A stretch of 64,000 nt of DNA from Octopus bimaculoides. Its lineage: Eukaryota. Below, in pieces: positions 14,022 through 27,849 of the stretch (its first letter is position 1; each line of letters opens with the position of its first letter). The stretch covers positions 16,007,196 through 16,071,195 of the forward strand of contig NC_068981.1 of assembly GCF_001194135.2 (NCBI RefSeq), given 5' to 3'. Below the pieces are notes generated by a model. It saw only the letters and a list, made by a program, of their open reading frames with translations. It made no database searches and had not been told where the DNA came from. The translations under genes were made by a program, and so were the position numbers.

Positions 14022-14242
14022 TGATGGGAAATGAAAAGTTCCTGGCTTTTTAAGGGTGTCGCAAAATGCCTGGTTGGAGGTGCAACTTTTCGAGTTCTTT
14101 TATACAGCTTAGAAAAGCTGAAGGACCGCTACAATAAGTGTGTGAACCTGTGAGCGGAAAATGTTGAATGAAATCATAATTAATTGATCCTTCTGTATTT
14201 TCTGTTACCCAAACCCAGGAACTTCTCTGCCCCAACACCTCG
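14022..14242 (+). mobile_element. mariner-derived short non-autonomous element
   Basis: Degenerate TIRs (tgatgggaaatgaaaagttcctgg versus reverse complement cgaggtgttggggcagagaagttcctgg). Internal 14109-14171 reads LEKLKDRYNKCVNL*AENVE*, like the mariner transposase C-terminus. Confidence 0.65.
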
Positions 14243-15964
14243 TGTATATATATATATATATATATATATNNNNNNNNNNNNNNNNNNNNNNNNNNNNNNN
14301 NNNNNNNNNNNNNNNNNNNNNNNNNNNNNNNNNNNNNNNNNNNNNNNNNNNNNNNNNNNNNNNNNNNNNNNNNNNNNNNNNNNNNNNNNNNNNNNNNNNN
14401 NNNNNNNNNNNNNNNNNNNNNNNNNNNNNNNNNNNNNNNNNNNNNNNNNNNNNNNNNNNNNNNTATATATATACATATATGTACACACGTGTATCTATGT
14501 ATTTGTATGTGGGCTTGTGTTTATAGATGTGCAAATGTATGATAACAGAAGAAATACCTTGAGTGCATTATGTATCTTTTGAACTATTACATGAAAGGAT
14601 CTCTAACTATAAACCATCTTCATTTATGAGTGTTTTGCATTAAAAGTTAATCCACCGCTGTTTAAGTCCTCTCTTATTCATATATACACCCAAACATACA
14701 TAAATTCGCTCTTATACAAGCATACACCTACAGAAACGTATAGATCACATTTATACATAACACAAATCAGAAATCTTCGTAACATATATTACACACAATA
14801 ACTCGCACAATGAGATGCTTAATATTTGAATTGATACAGTTAGTTCTCAAATAATAATAAAAGTACAGCCGTGTATCTTAATAATATTTGAATGGTACAC
14901 GCATTGAAGTCGCCACTTTGTATCGTATTCATTCTACTGACAAGGCTGACGAATAATAATACACGTAAATCAAATAACTTCAATAGGTGTATCACGAAAC
15001 TTTTGTATAAATGCATGAAAGAGCCTGTAGCCAAATTCTTGTATGGTATTTACGTTGTTTCTCTCCCCACTTTTTTTTATAATAAGATTTTCAAGAAATG
15101 TTAGAATTATTAAGTGCTGGAATTATAATCTCTTATGTCGATCAAGTTACACAATTTTCTTAGTTAAAAGTTCAGCAGCTTTTAAATTTGTTTCACGATT
15201 CTATGAGTTATAAATCAAAGACATTCAATATTACAGAGGAGATAATTTTATCTATATCCATTTCCTGTGTGCAGTTTTGACGTTCGTCTTTAAAACTATG
15301 GTTATTGTTTCATAAATTTGTATTTTTTAGAAGTAATTAATCATCTATCTTTAGTATTTTTTAACCTCGAGTCATTCTGCAGAATTTTAATGAAAGGATT
15401 TCCATACGTGAGCATCCGGTTTATAATATAACAAAAACTACATTATATCTCAAATTAATCAAAATTGCTAATGATTTGAGTGTATTTGGTTGTGATTATT
15501 ACTGGAACCCGTACGTTAGTGAGGTTCTTTTTAAATCAGTGTTGCAAAGTTTATATAATTATTATGAATCCATTTCATTCATTGCACCACTAGTATCCAG
15601 GGATACGAATACAATCTTAATTTCTAAGTTAGATCATTAACATATATATGACAAAGGCAAAAATCTTGCATCATATGTTTTCCTCCCTACACATGCAAGG
15701 CTTCGTGAGGTATTCTAAATAATACCAGTAATTAAGGAGGATTTAGTGGGGTCAATCGATAAAAATCTAAGAAAACTATTGGTATCGTTTAATATATATC
15801 AAGTATTTTTTCAAAATTGGATTATTCTTATGATTAAGCCCTTCAGTCCTAAACCCTGTAGTTACGGCTGCTGTCCCAACTTGTATCACAATGGAAAGAG
15901 TGCTTTCTACTATAGTCCTTGGACAGTTAATTTACTAGAGGAAAACTACTCAGAAGCTTGTTTA

Positions 15965-16007
<43 letters not shown>

Positions 16008-16429
16008 NNNNNNNNNNATGGAGGGGAATATGTGGTATTCATGAACTTGCAGACATTGTATTATGTCCTGGTTAGTTTTTAACCTGGTTAGTTTTTAACT
16101 AAGAGTACAATAAAAACAATATACAAACACATGCCATATGAGTAATTAAAAAGGACATCTAGTGACCGAAGATGGGACAATGGGACAAAACACTAGTGTA
16201 ATAATATTTAGGTATCCTTCCGGCAGTATATTGGATAGATATTATTCCTTAGTGGGTTGGATTCACAACCTCTAACTTTCTTGGATTATATATTATATAT
16301 ATACGTTCACATAATCTAGACATTTCCCATCAACTTGTATAGAGGTGTCAGGAAATATGTGTATGTGTGTGTTTATAATCGTGTGCGCGAGTGTATATAT
16401 GTATAGACGGATACGTTTGTATTTATATA

Positions 16430-16595
16430 TCTTGTAGTGACAACTGGTGTACCTTGGTTAACATTCTCTGTAACCTTGTGTTTCGGCAAAAAGGATTTGG
16501 ACAGATTAAGTATCAGATTATAAATAATTGTCGGGATTGTTAATATGGTGTCCCAGCATGGTCATAGTCAAATGATTGAAACAAGTAGTAAAAAT
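16430..16595 (+). mobile_element. degenerate SINE 3' part
   Basis: ggtgtcccagcatggtcatagtcaaatgattgaaacaagtagtaaaa resembles a SINE 3' end I recall from octopus. This is from recall only. Confidence 0.4.
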
Positions 16596-19500
16596 GAAAA
16601 TGCTGAAACCTTTACTAAATATCGAATACCTTTGTTTGTTTTTATTTTAGAAATCGAAAACTTTACATTACTAAACGTCAAAATGTTTAGGGTCTTGTCA
16701 TAGGGAAATATTTAATTTTGTGCAATTAATTGTATAAGACACTATTATCTGGTCACTGTAGAAGTAATATATTTGCCTGTTCAAGAACAGATGAGGTATC
16801 ATAAAATGTAAAATATCTTTAAAATGTTCAACTAGAAACGATCATGGAATATTTTGGCATAAAATAATTATCTGCTTGATAAATACTAATTTATATAACT
16901 AGTGAAGAGAACTTAAACGGAAATTGCACATAATGTGTAATCTGAAAATATTATTTCAAAACAAAAATTATATCTTTAAAATATCAAATACATCATTAAG
17001 ATGTGATTTATCAAATACGCACATATGTAGCATACCAGATTCAACCATACAAAAATAACTATCATTATAATTATCATTGAGAATGTTGCTGTCTGATAAA
17101 TTTATTGTCAGCTTACTTTAGCATTTTATCATTGTAATGATAAAGAATAGTAATAATCATTTATACAAATGTTTTAAAATTACAGATTTATCTTAAAAAG
17201 TTCTAGTAAGATGTGTGATCATATCGTAACAATAATCAAACATGTATAAAACAAACGCTAACAGCGAATGAATGTTTTCGGCATCATATCATATTCAAAC
17301 AAAAGTGTTCAGACTAAAACTTGATATATCATTTCGTATCATATTTATTTCGTTTTCCCAATTTACGTTTCTTCTAACATTTAACGAATATAATACAAAT
17401 ACTCATTTGGATAAGTCTAAGTTTAAAAGATGCTTATCACAAGATAAGAAATAGGAAAGTTATTAACATCAATGTTGAATTTCTCGTCAGCCATTGAAAA
17501 TATTATTTATTTAGTAATCTATATAAGCCGCAGTTGTGTTTAGATTGAAATACCAATCGTTGACGTAACTGTAATGGCAACATTTTTATAAAATCAACTA
17601 TGCAAAGATTTTGGAAAACCCATTTGTTTGTTTTTATTTTAGAAATCGAAAACTTTACATTATTAATTCTAAAAGGAAGAAAACACTATTTGTACACTGG
17701 AATATATTTTCTTTCTATATTAAGTATGAAGCTTAGCATATTTCATAATTGCATTACCAGATCATTCTTCAAAGGCTTTCCTGAAAATACTTTCAGTCGA
17801 ATTTTATTTCCAATAATGGAATTGATGGTAATAAAGAAGTTAATTGGATTATCATATCAAGAATACTTCGATTTCAATTGTTCTGTAGAACACTACTAAA
17901 TATAGTTTGGTGGGGAAAATATACAACTTATTTTTACAAGAGATCCATTACGAACTATTAAATTTCTGCTTGCAGTTAGAAACAATAGATGTTTAAATGC
18001 TCGTCGAGAGAGAGAGACAGGGAGGAAGGAAAGAGAGAGTGACAGAGGGTGAGGGAGGGAGTGAAAGCGAAAGAGGGAGAGTTTAAGAATCAAAGCGAAC
18101 TATTTTTCTATAACTGAATGAGACAATTCGTTTCATTAGTGTAGAGAGTTGGAAACGGAAATCATTTTCCTATCATCTGACGCTCGATTTGTGGTTCATT
18201 TTCAGCTCTTCGTCAGATCTCACTATGGAGAACTATGGCCAAAATCTAACTTATTCATATTCTATCTAGACGTACATGATAGGATGTGAATTATTTGGGA
18301 AATGATAAGGTGTTGTGAGGGAGAGATCTGGAGAGGAGATTTAGCATTCTAGTAATGCTTTGTGTACAGATATTTACGTCACCAAATCCAAACTGACTCA
18401 TTCTTAAATGTTGAAAGATAATATTTATAGAATTAAATAGGTTCATCTGCAAAGCAAAGCGCTATATTTTTTATTGACATTGTATTTTATAAATTTAATA
18501 TACGAGGGTTTGATGTGTATGTTAATCTATGCATGATCAGCAGGAAATATAATAGATTCAATTTAAAATATTGCTGTTAGATTTCAGTCATATCAATATG
18601 CCATAACTTCTTAAAAATAGGCTTTGACGACAATTTTCTATAAACAATACATGAACATGATTTTCCATAAATTCTATTTAATTTAATTGATTATTTTTCG
18701 CGTTATGTTAAACTGTATCCTAATGTCAATTCATCGATAAATTGTTATTCTTTATTCTTACCATTAATGCTCATGCGAAACGTTTGAACGGCACATTTTT
18801 TTTTCACTTAATTTTCTACATAAGCGTCACACCATATATCCTGTGAATTTATGAAGAGGATATGTTGTTTATTCTTCAGTAGCAATAAGATGGACGGCAA
18901 TATTTCACCAGGAGTGAATGATACATACTCATTATACTACAATATTATCTAGACAAGAAGCATTGATTTTATAATATATTGATTTACAAAAAACAAATTA
19001 AACACAACACAGGTAAACCTGAAATAAATTTCAAGTCTCTAATCTGAAATGATTAAGGCTGAAAAAGATTCAGTCTGGTCATTACAGCTAAGTTCTTCTT
19101 TGGATTAAAACAGAAAGTTTATATATTTTCTTTGTGAGCAGAAGAATTGTGCCGTACTTGACGTCTAATGAGTGACCACTTCAGGAAAATCTTTGACATG
19201 TTGTGTAAGAAGAGCATGGCAAAATGTCTTGACATTTGTTTAGCGTTGTACCACAATGGCCTAATAACTACCTTTCACAACATGAAATGTATTTTGAGTT
19301 TTATTGATATTTGTATTTACTTGAGTAACTAGAATGATTTAGAGAAAAACAGCATAAGTATAGCTAATGTTTCAACTCTATCGTTGAAATCGAAAGGCAA
19401 CAGAAACATCTATGCCATTCCATACATAAACCTTCTGTACATATATCGTATCCTACTGATATCAGACATTATTTGCTGATTTATATTGCCCTGTTATCCA

Positions 19501-21111
19501 TGTGTCGTTTCATTTTAATTTAAGTTTCATTTCAGCATATATTATTAGACATGTTTATGCAGTGAGAAATTGTTCTACGAATTAGGAAAATTGGGTCACT
19601 GGTGAAGCCATATTTTTAAGAAGTTCATTTTGTTCCCGTGTCATTATTTTCACGGGGAAGGACTACATGTATGTAAATTGTACGACCTCTTATGGAAAAT
19701 GCATTGGAATTTTAAGTATCATATTCAAGTAATTAATTGAATATTATTCAAATAATCCATATTGACAGACATCTATTGGATTTTTGAATTGCACGTTATA
19801 ATAGGTTATAATTGCGTTCGCCAGTGAAGATAAGGTGTGTAAATCGTAACATTTATATAAGAGTTGTTTCCCTTTAATTATTAGAAAAATTTATAAACAA
19901 TACATGCACAATTAATAGCAAAACGTTACAAATGGAGTACGTAGTGATGTCAAGAAGAGGGACAGCTGTTGGTTGAGGGGAAGAGTGAAGAAAAGTAAAT
20001 GAGAAGAAGGAGCGAAAGATATTCATTTCGGTTTTTGTAGTAAATTCCAGTTTTTCTCTAATTACCTTTGAAATTGATGGGTGATGTCTCAAAACTTTAC
20101 TTCTTGCCCTTGCATAATTAACTGCACTATAAAAACATGTGAAATGAGACTTCTTTCTGCTGTATATAAATTACATCTTATATTTCCGTTCTTTTATTAT
20201 TTTCATCTCACAAAACTTTTACTCTTCATATAGAAAATCGTAAGATTTTTTTCAAACTTTATCTGTAAATTCACCTTTTTTTAAATAAATTTCTCATTCC
20301 TATTTAGTGATAACCATTAGTATTTATGCATTGAGATTCATCTCAATTTAGTTTTAAATGTTTTTAAGCTATGTGATCCTTTATATTATGAACACGTAAG
20401 TAACTAAATTTCAAGCAATTCTTCTTTAAAAGCTTTCAGTGTGTTTGATTAATAAATACCTGTTCATCATTTGTGAAATCAGAAACTTTGCAGAATGCTT
20501 AAATTAGCATTCCCAGTAAACGACATAGAAAAGACAGACCGTTAGCGCATCTCAGTATGCGTTGTTGGCGGGGGGATGGGGGTTTGAAATATTTTTTGTC
20601 GTAGAATTCACTGCATTCTAGTGGTTTATTATAGAAGCGTTCTTCACTACCTAAAATCATATCAGAAAGCAAATTAAATATTCTTGTAATCTCAAAAATG
20701 AATCAATTTCATATGTTCTGTATTAGATGTGTTGCAGCCTTTTTATAAATTTATGATTTAATTCGGAGTAACGATTAAAATTTACCGATCCTGTAGGTAG
20801 TTGTAATAGTTAAATTTCGGCTGAAATTATTGTAAAGAATTTAAAGCGAATTTCATGTATAAAGACTTTCCCTGGGGACATATTGGAACATAGCCAGTTT
20901 TTTTTATCACTCTCTATTGAAGATCTATTTGCAATCTTCATATTCAATCTTTTCAAGAGGGTAAAAAGTCATCTGGTAGTATTTACTTTCATCATATTTT
21001 CTTCCATTTAGACCACAGTGGCCTTGCCTTTTGTCTACAGTACTGTCGCTTAAGGGTCTTATATTTAACGTCCTACTACAGTACATAATAGGTTGCTAGT
21101 ATTCATAATGC

Positions 21112-21240
21112 AGAGGTGCGTGGCTCAATGGTTTGAGTGTTGCAGTAGAATATGCATATGTAACCCGCTGAATCCGGAAAATCTGTCTTATTGTCCTAGA
21201 ACTCGGGAAAAACATTTCACCTTTCATCCTTTTTTAAATT
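21112..21240 (+). mobile_element. degenerate tRNA-derived SINE head
   Basis: ggtgcgTGGCTCAATGGtttgagtg A box, similar to the head of the 21-350 SINE; the B box is decayed. Confidence 0.45.
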
Positions 21241-21663
21241 TACGTATTATTGTAACAATACTTATATTAATCTATAGTACTAACGAATTGGTATGGGAGA
21301 GAAGACGAGGTGATCGGTTATGTGTATTACGAAGCAAAATTGTTATTATCTGTATGAATAATTTACGTTCTAAATACAACCCAAAATTACAATTATAATA
21401 TTAATATTTAGAATTCAATAGACCATGTACTGTGGTAAATAAATCATAATGACAAAGCATGTTAGCTCATTGATATGCTAATCTCAGTAGACTGCAACAC
21501 TTCAGCCAAAACGTATGGAAAGTGAAACTATTATTGAACCTCGAATTAGAGGTCTCAAAAGTAAGGCTTCAAAGAACAAGAATATTACCTTTTATTAACG
21601 GAATCTTTGGAATAATATGAAATGGGTGTTTCGTTTAACATCCTTAAACAAACCTTATTGAGA

Positions 21664-22991
21664 GCTAATATTGCCTGTGTTGACAAAGCCCTTCACCATC
21701 AATAGCTAATGTCTTCTGGTTTAAAATCAGAAACAGAAGGCTTTATAGTAGCCCAAGATCGATGTCTACCTACAAGGAGCAATCAGGCCAAAAATTTAAA
21801 GAAGGGCAGTAGCCCAACATGTCGTGCATGTAATCAAGATGGCATAAACGCCTACCTGAAAGACTCTGATGATTGGATGTTAAAACTTGTCTTAAAGCAT
21901 GAAAACATAAAAGCATTACACTCAGTAACAAAACAGGCAATGGAATATCTAAATGGATTCCAAGTACAACTCATCCCAGAATTAGAGGTTCTGGAAACAA
22001 GCGTACGAAAATCCCTGCTAAAAGATATTCTTACTGATGAATGACAAGTAAAACCTCTCAATGACAAATACGCAAGGAAAGCTAATAATACCAATGTTGA
22101 CAAAGCCTTTACCCAACAATAGTTGGTGTCTTCTGGTTTAAAATTGAAAACAAATGTGTTTATCATAGCAGCCCAAGATCAATGCCTATCTACATGGAGC
22201 TACGAGGCCAACATATTAAAGAAAGACAGTAGCCCAGCATGTCATGTATGTAAACAGCAAAATGAGACCATTGATCATGTTGTCTCCATGTGCAGTCATA
22301 TTGCGCATACAGAGTATCACAACAAGCATGATAGTGCAATACAATATATTCACTGGGTAATTTGCAAAAACCTGGGCCTGCCCCACGATAATAACTGGTG
22401 GGAACACAAACTACATCATTGCTTCAACATGACCACATCTCCCTCTTCTGGAACATCACCATTCAAACTGACAGAAAGAGAGATGCGAATAGGCTAGACA
22501 TTATATTGAAAGACTTCAGACGAAAATAATGCCTCCTCATTGATATGACTGTCCCAATCGACATAAATTTACCTGTAAAGACCTACCAAAAACTGAGCAA
22601 TATAAAGATCTTGAAATAGAAATTGGCAAAATGTGGAACCTCAAGACTAAAACATTACCTGTTGTAATATGTGCTCTAGGAATGATAACAAAAGGGACTG
22701 ATTCCTACCTAGCTCAGATATTAGGAAACCCCAAAATGGAAGAAATTCAAAAGACAGTGGTCATGGGAACTGCCCATATCCTACGTGAAATACTGTCTAT
22801 GTAATCTCAAATTTTAACACAAACTAATTTTCTTATGCTTTCTTAAACATTCTCTTGAACAATCCTATGTGCAAGACCAAATATATGACACCCTAGGCAT
22901 AACACCAACATGGACTTCTAACTTATTGTCTCTTGAGGTCTCTGGGTGAGACTTGGAGTCAACTTGTACAATTACTAATCAGAAGTCAAAC
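21664..22991 (+). mobile_element. R4/Dong fragments (two fused pieces): post-RT linker, CCHC knuckle, RLE and subfamily-B 3' UTR with (AAT)n tail
   Basis: SSGLK.ETE.FI.AQD..L; CHVCKQQNETIDHVVSMC; HNKHD; IDMTVPID; KYKDLEIEI; MGTAHILR. Followed by (AAT)n at 22992-23066. Confidence 0.9.
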
Positions 22992-23066
<75 letters not shown>

Positions 23067-23067
23067 T

Positions 23068-23410
23068 CTTTTCTATTACATATACAAGTCCTGAAATTTG
23101 TTGAAAGGGGGATAACCCCTTACGTCACGCCAAGTGCACAACCCCGAAAATATGAAACGTAAGTTCGGCCTCAGCGCAGAACGCGAAGAAGGATAATTTG
23201 TCACTTAGGCGTCTTTGATGGTTTAAATTTTGGCACAAGGTCAGTAATTTTAGGGGTGAGGTTGATTGATTACATTGGCCTCAATATTCAATCGGTACAT
23301 CTTTGATCGACTCTAATAGAGACAAAGTCGAGCACGCTGGAGGTTGAACTCGAAATGAAAAGACCGATGAAATGCCGGAATGTTGCAAAATATTTGGTGT
23401 GGCGTACTAA
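23068..23410 (-). mobile_element. two adjacent degenerate Nin/Deu-type SINE copies
   Basis: Reverse-strand family motifs: caagtcctgaaatttg; ttttggcacaaggtcagtaatttt...aaagtcgagcacgctggaggttgaactc...ggcgtactaac. Confidence 0.6.
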
Positions 23411-23544
23411 CAATACAGTCAGCTCACCAATAATGACGCCAATAATAATAGTAATAATTATAAGGAATTTTACTGTTATTGTTGTCGTTTTGATGTTTAT
23501 TATTGTTCTTCTTCTTCTTCTTAATATTATTATTGTTGTTGCCT

Positions 23545-24660
23545 TTGCACAGCTTCTAAAACTGGAGATGTACTGCGGTGTCACCTGTTCACTACCAGTG
23601 AACTAAGGTAACACCTCTTACTTTTCGAGCACCTTCCGGAGTATTCGAGCGGTTCCAAGCAGTGCTGTTTTCTACAAGTGCTCCACCGTTATTGTAGCAC
23701 CTATTTGTTCCACATACTTCTCGAGATTTTTGCTCACTGTTCCCAGGGCTTTGAAAATTATTGGTATTACTTTTACCTTTTTCATGGGTTACAACTGCTT
23801 AACTTCCCAAGCTAACCTGTCATATCTCTCGACTTTTCTTTCTTCCTTATAGCATACTTTGTTGTCAGCTGGGCATGCTATATCTATGATGCAGCATAGT
23901 TTGTTTTCTTTCTCAATTAAGACTATGTCCGGCTTCCAATTCCCTATCTCATGGTCGCACTGAATCATAAAATCCCATAGGATCTTTGCATTTCTATTTT
24001 CGACGATGCCTTCAGGTTTGTGGTCGTACCAATTTTTTGCTCTGTCAAGTTCATACTTGTTGCAGAGTGTCCAATGAACAAGCCGGGCTATATTGTCGTG
24101 GCGTCTCTTATATTCCTACGGGGCTAGTGGTGTACATTGGATAGTAATATGCCATACGGTTTCACCGTTTTGTCCAAAGATTCTGCATTTATCACTTTCT
24201 GCTGTGTTGTCTATTCTGTATTTTATGTAGTGTGTTCTTAGTGTTTGCTCTTGGGCAGCACAGATTAGAGCCTCCATTTCCGGTTTTGAAATCACTTTTA
24301 GTCATCCACAGACATCTTTTTACTCTGCTTGTCTTATCTTCAACATCTCTATGAAATTGACCATGCATTCTTTTTCTTTACCCACCTATTTTCAGTTTCA
24401 TTTGTTTTCAATTTCTTTTATAGTGCTTTATCTTTTCAATCTTTCATCCTATACAAGCCTGATCTAAGTTTGATTATTGATGCAAACCCAAGTTCATATC
24501 TATGTCCGCTGAATCTTGATGTGTTTTGTGTCTGATCCGTATTCTCTATCGTTTTGGTGGCACACAATGTTATTTTTTTTTCTGTGCGTTGTGCACATTT
24601 GTAAGTCCAAAGTTTTGGTTATGCATTTGCTTGTATACTTTCTAAATATCCCTGATAATT
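23545..24660 (-). mobile_element. R4/Dong fragment: CCHC knuckle plus RLE
   Basis: Minus-strand translation: KPEMEALICAAQEQTLRT...KCRI...WYDHKPEGIVEN...ILWDFMIQCDHEIGNWKPDIVLIEKENKLCCIIDIACP...KTALLGTARILRKVL. Confidence 0.9.
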
Positions 24661-25529
24661 TATTATAAGAAATATTACAGCTTTTAGCACAATTGGTTTA
24701 TTTATATTTACAAAATTCTTTCCCTTGTCTCAGATATAAATTAACAGTACCTGAAAACTTAAATTCTTACCCGTTGGTGTTAGCTAACAAGAACTATTGG
24801 TTTAAACTTGGCCTTATGTCTGCATGGACTAAAATAACCTCATGTATAGTTAACTTTTCATTCTGTAATACTGTGTCAGGTGTATGCGTGTACTAACTTC
24901 TAATTTATTTGGGACAATTAGCGTATAGATACTTAATTGCTGGGACCATTAGCCTAATGATACTTAATTAGCCTTTTATGATATTAAACTAATGACTAGA
25001 ATGTTTCAGTTTTATGTTTAGTTCATTGATTCTCGATTATTTCCTTGTCCATATCTGTTTCAGTTCTTTTCCATTAGTTTTGGTATCAATTTTACGAGTG
25101 TTTTATAATTTTTCTCCCTTTAAATTGAAAAGGTGCAATTTTAAAATCCGGATTTATAAATTTGATTGATAAATTCGTCTATTGTCTCTAACATTGTTTC
25201 TACTGGCTTACCATTTACAGCGTAGAAAATGGACTTTGTATATTAGAAACTGTTTCTGTTCTATAGAAACCTTTCTTCATGAATTGATACTCGTGAATGC
25301 AGTTGGCATAAAACAGAAAACAATTGAAGGAAGTTCCCTTGCAGCATTTCTCTTCGAACGGCTGTTAGTTAAGATGTTGTCTTTTATAAAACTTCCCTTT
25401 CTATCGGTATTTGCATAATTGTTTGCCATTTCTTCTTCATCATATTATTTATGAATCTTATTACTGATGTTACCGTTCTCATATATTATATAATAATCCA
25501 TGAGTAAAGTAACATCAGTAATAAGAAAT

Positions 25530-25680
25530 TCGTGTCCAACTAAATCGCTCTTTATGTTGTGAGTTCAAATTCAGCGAAGATCAACTTTGCTTTTCGACAT
25601 TATGGGGTTGATAAAATAAAGTACACCTCCTTTGCTTAATATAATCAATTATTTTCCTCCCACTCCATTAATATCGTTTT
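25530..25680 (+). mobile_element. Nin/Deu-type SINE fragment
   Basis: tgagttcaaattcagcgaagatcaactttgcttttc...ggggttgataaaataaagtac. Confidence 0.65.
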
Positions 25681-26050
25681 GCTTTCTGCATATGCATCAA
25701 CAATGTTATTATATTTTATTGCACAGTGTAGGTTTATAAACCTCTATTTTGCTTCATTGTAACGTTCACGCCTTAAACGACATTAGACAGAAACCACCTA
25801 AGAATGTACTTTGTCACTAGGAGTACAGAGAGTAATCGCGCATCGGTTCAGGTGGTGTGATCTTGTTGGTAGGAATTGAAGTACATGTTGGGATGATAAC
25901 TGGCACAAATGACGCTTCTGCTGCCTGTATTCATCATAGTCTTGATATTTCTGTTCTCATTCAGTAAATTTCGAGATCATTCTGCTTTCTTCTCATGGGT
26001 TTAATATCATCCTCTACATTATCATGGTTAATAAAAACATCATCATCATT

Positions 26051-26094
<44 letters not shown>

Positions 26095-26101
<7 letters not shown>

Positions 26102-26625
26102 GTTACACTGAGGTAAAATATACGAAGCCCAATATATTCATCACGACCACCCGTGTGATAAGTGTACACCAGGTACATGCATCACAAACATTTGTGCACG
26201 ACATGGTGATCTCATATCAAGATAAACAGCGTATGATCTTGCAGGGGTAACCCAGTTAGAACTTTTTTCCGGTCGAGTAATCCATTCCGCTCAAAAGGCC
26301 CTTGAATAAGAGTTGTTTTAGGATGTTGAATGAAAAACCTATGTTTCCTCATGTGAATTATTCAAACCCCAAAGAATTCCTTTAAACGCATGAATATGAT
26401 GCTCTCCCACTACTTCTGCTCGTGATCAGAGATGCACATACCGTCAGCCACCAAAGGACATGCTCAGCTGGTTAAGGTCAAACAATTGACAAACAAATCT
26501 GTGGTACTGAGCAGAATATTTGCTGTATCCCATTTTTATAACAAGACAAAACGTGTACATGATAACACTTCCAATCAGTTAAGATCAGAAGCCATTGGAG
26601 CCACTGCCTGGCACTACATCAGCGC
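26095..26625 (-). mobile_element. ~550-bp (TAA)n-associated non-coding element, near full length
   Basis: Collinear with 31768-32307 and 32393-32946; bounded by (CAT)n and (ATT)n. Confidence 0.9.
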
Positions 26626-26629
26626 ATTA

Positions 26630-26693
<64 letters not shown>

Positions 26694-26695
<2 letters not shown>

Positions 26696-26922
26696 GTTTT
26701 ATTTTTATAACGTGCTTTCACTTCACTACTGAGCGCAGCTCTGTGTGCCTTGGGTATGTGCTGTGGTTTGCTGAGATGCTTTGATGGTTACTGTATTGAA
26801 AGCGTTTTGCGTAGGATGTGTGCAGTGCCCAGTAGTGCAATTTTCTCTAAGTTATATATATTTGTAAGTCCTGGTGTTTTTGTTACGTATTTGGCTGAAT
26901 ATTTTTTTTTATTATACCTAAG
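26694..26922 (-). mobile_element. R4/Dong young subfamily A 3' end
   Basis: Highly similar to 7189-7430. Confidence 0.9.
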
Positions 26923-27825
26923 TGTGTAATGCTTTGGAGTTCTGCACTGGTGGTGGGCGTTTAATTCACTGGGTAAATGCTGTATACAGTGTCTTGTATT
27001 CGTGGGTTGTGTTATTTAGGTTGTATTATAGGATTGATAGTGTCATGCGTAGGATATGGGCTGTTCCTAGCTGGGCTCTTTTTTTTGGACAGCGTAGTGT
27101 TGAGGATCCATGTACAGCTTCTACATTTTTGTTCGTATGATATTTTTATCATGCCCCATAATACAATTATTATTGGTATTGTTTTTACCTTCAAGCCCCA
27201 CATTTTGAATATTTCTGTTTCGAGGTCTTTGTACTTAGATAATTTCTCGACTTCTTGTTTGGCAATATTTTGATCAGAAGGGACTGCAAAGTTTATCAGT
27301 AAGCAGGTGGTTTTCTCCAATCCTTGACTATTATGTCTGGGTGATTAGCTTTTATTTCTTTATCGATTTGGCCTGGCATATCCTAGGTGAATGTGGCCTA
27401 ATCATTGTTTTGTATGTTGCTTAGGACATCACTTGTCAATTTTGATGTTGTGATGCTGGCATATTGTTCAGTGGATATAACTGTTTACTTTGTCGTGTCT
27501 GTATACTTATTCAGACTTGGCAAGAACAGGGCAGCCCGAGATGATGTCGTCAACTGTCTCACTGTGCTGGTCTCATATTTTGCATTTGGTGTTGAGGCCT
27601 GTTCTCATTATTTTGTTTTTATAATTGTTTGTAGTCAGGCATTGGTCTTATGCAGCGAGAATCAATCATTCGGTTTCGAATTTTCGTCCAGAGCTTTTGA
27701 GCCATTTTTGGCTTTTACTGTGGATCACTTTCTCTCCGTCAAGCCTTGCAGGTTATTGGCCATGAAAGGATTTTCCTCTCCATTTCTGCTTCAGTATCTT
27801 TTTTAATTCAGTTTTATTATTATTA
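26923..27825 (-). mobile_element. older R4/Dong fragment: CCHC plus RLE
   Basis: MHGQ...QCLTTNNYKNKI...KCKICDQHSETVDDIISGCPVLAKSEYVYRHDKV...PDIIVKD; INFAVPSDQNIAKQEVEKLSKYKDLETEI (ORF 27012-27320). Confidence 0.85.
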
Positions 27826-27849
27826 TTATCCCTTTTCTTTCCCTATGCT

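Noticed and set aside
16067-16098. 16-bp tandem duplication cctggttagtttttaa x2
   Set aside because: Ordinary slippage duplication.
17600-17899. 99-aa plus-strand ORF overlapping the 40-bp duplication
   Set aside because: No recognisable domain, and ORFs of this length arise by chance.
17990-18340. GA-rich tract followed by CpG-containing unique DNA as a promoter
   Set aside because: No specific motif or linked exon; composition alone is not enough.
24900-25990. Possible pre-RT N-terminal part of an R4 element on the minus strand
   Set aside because: Only faint motif echoes; too decayed to call without a profile search.
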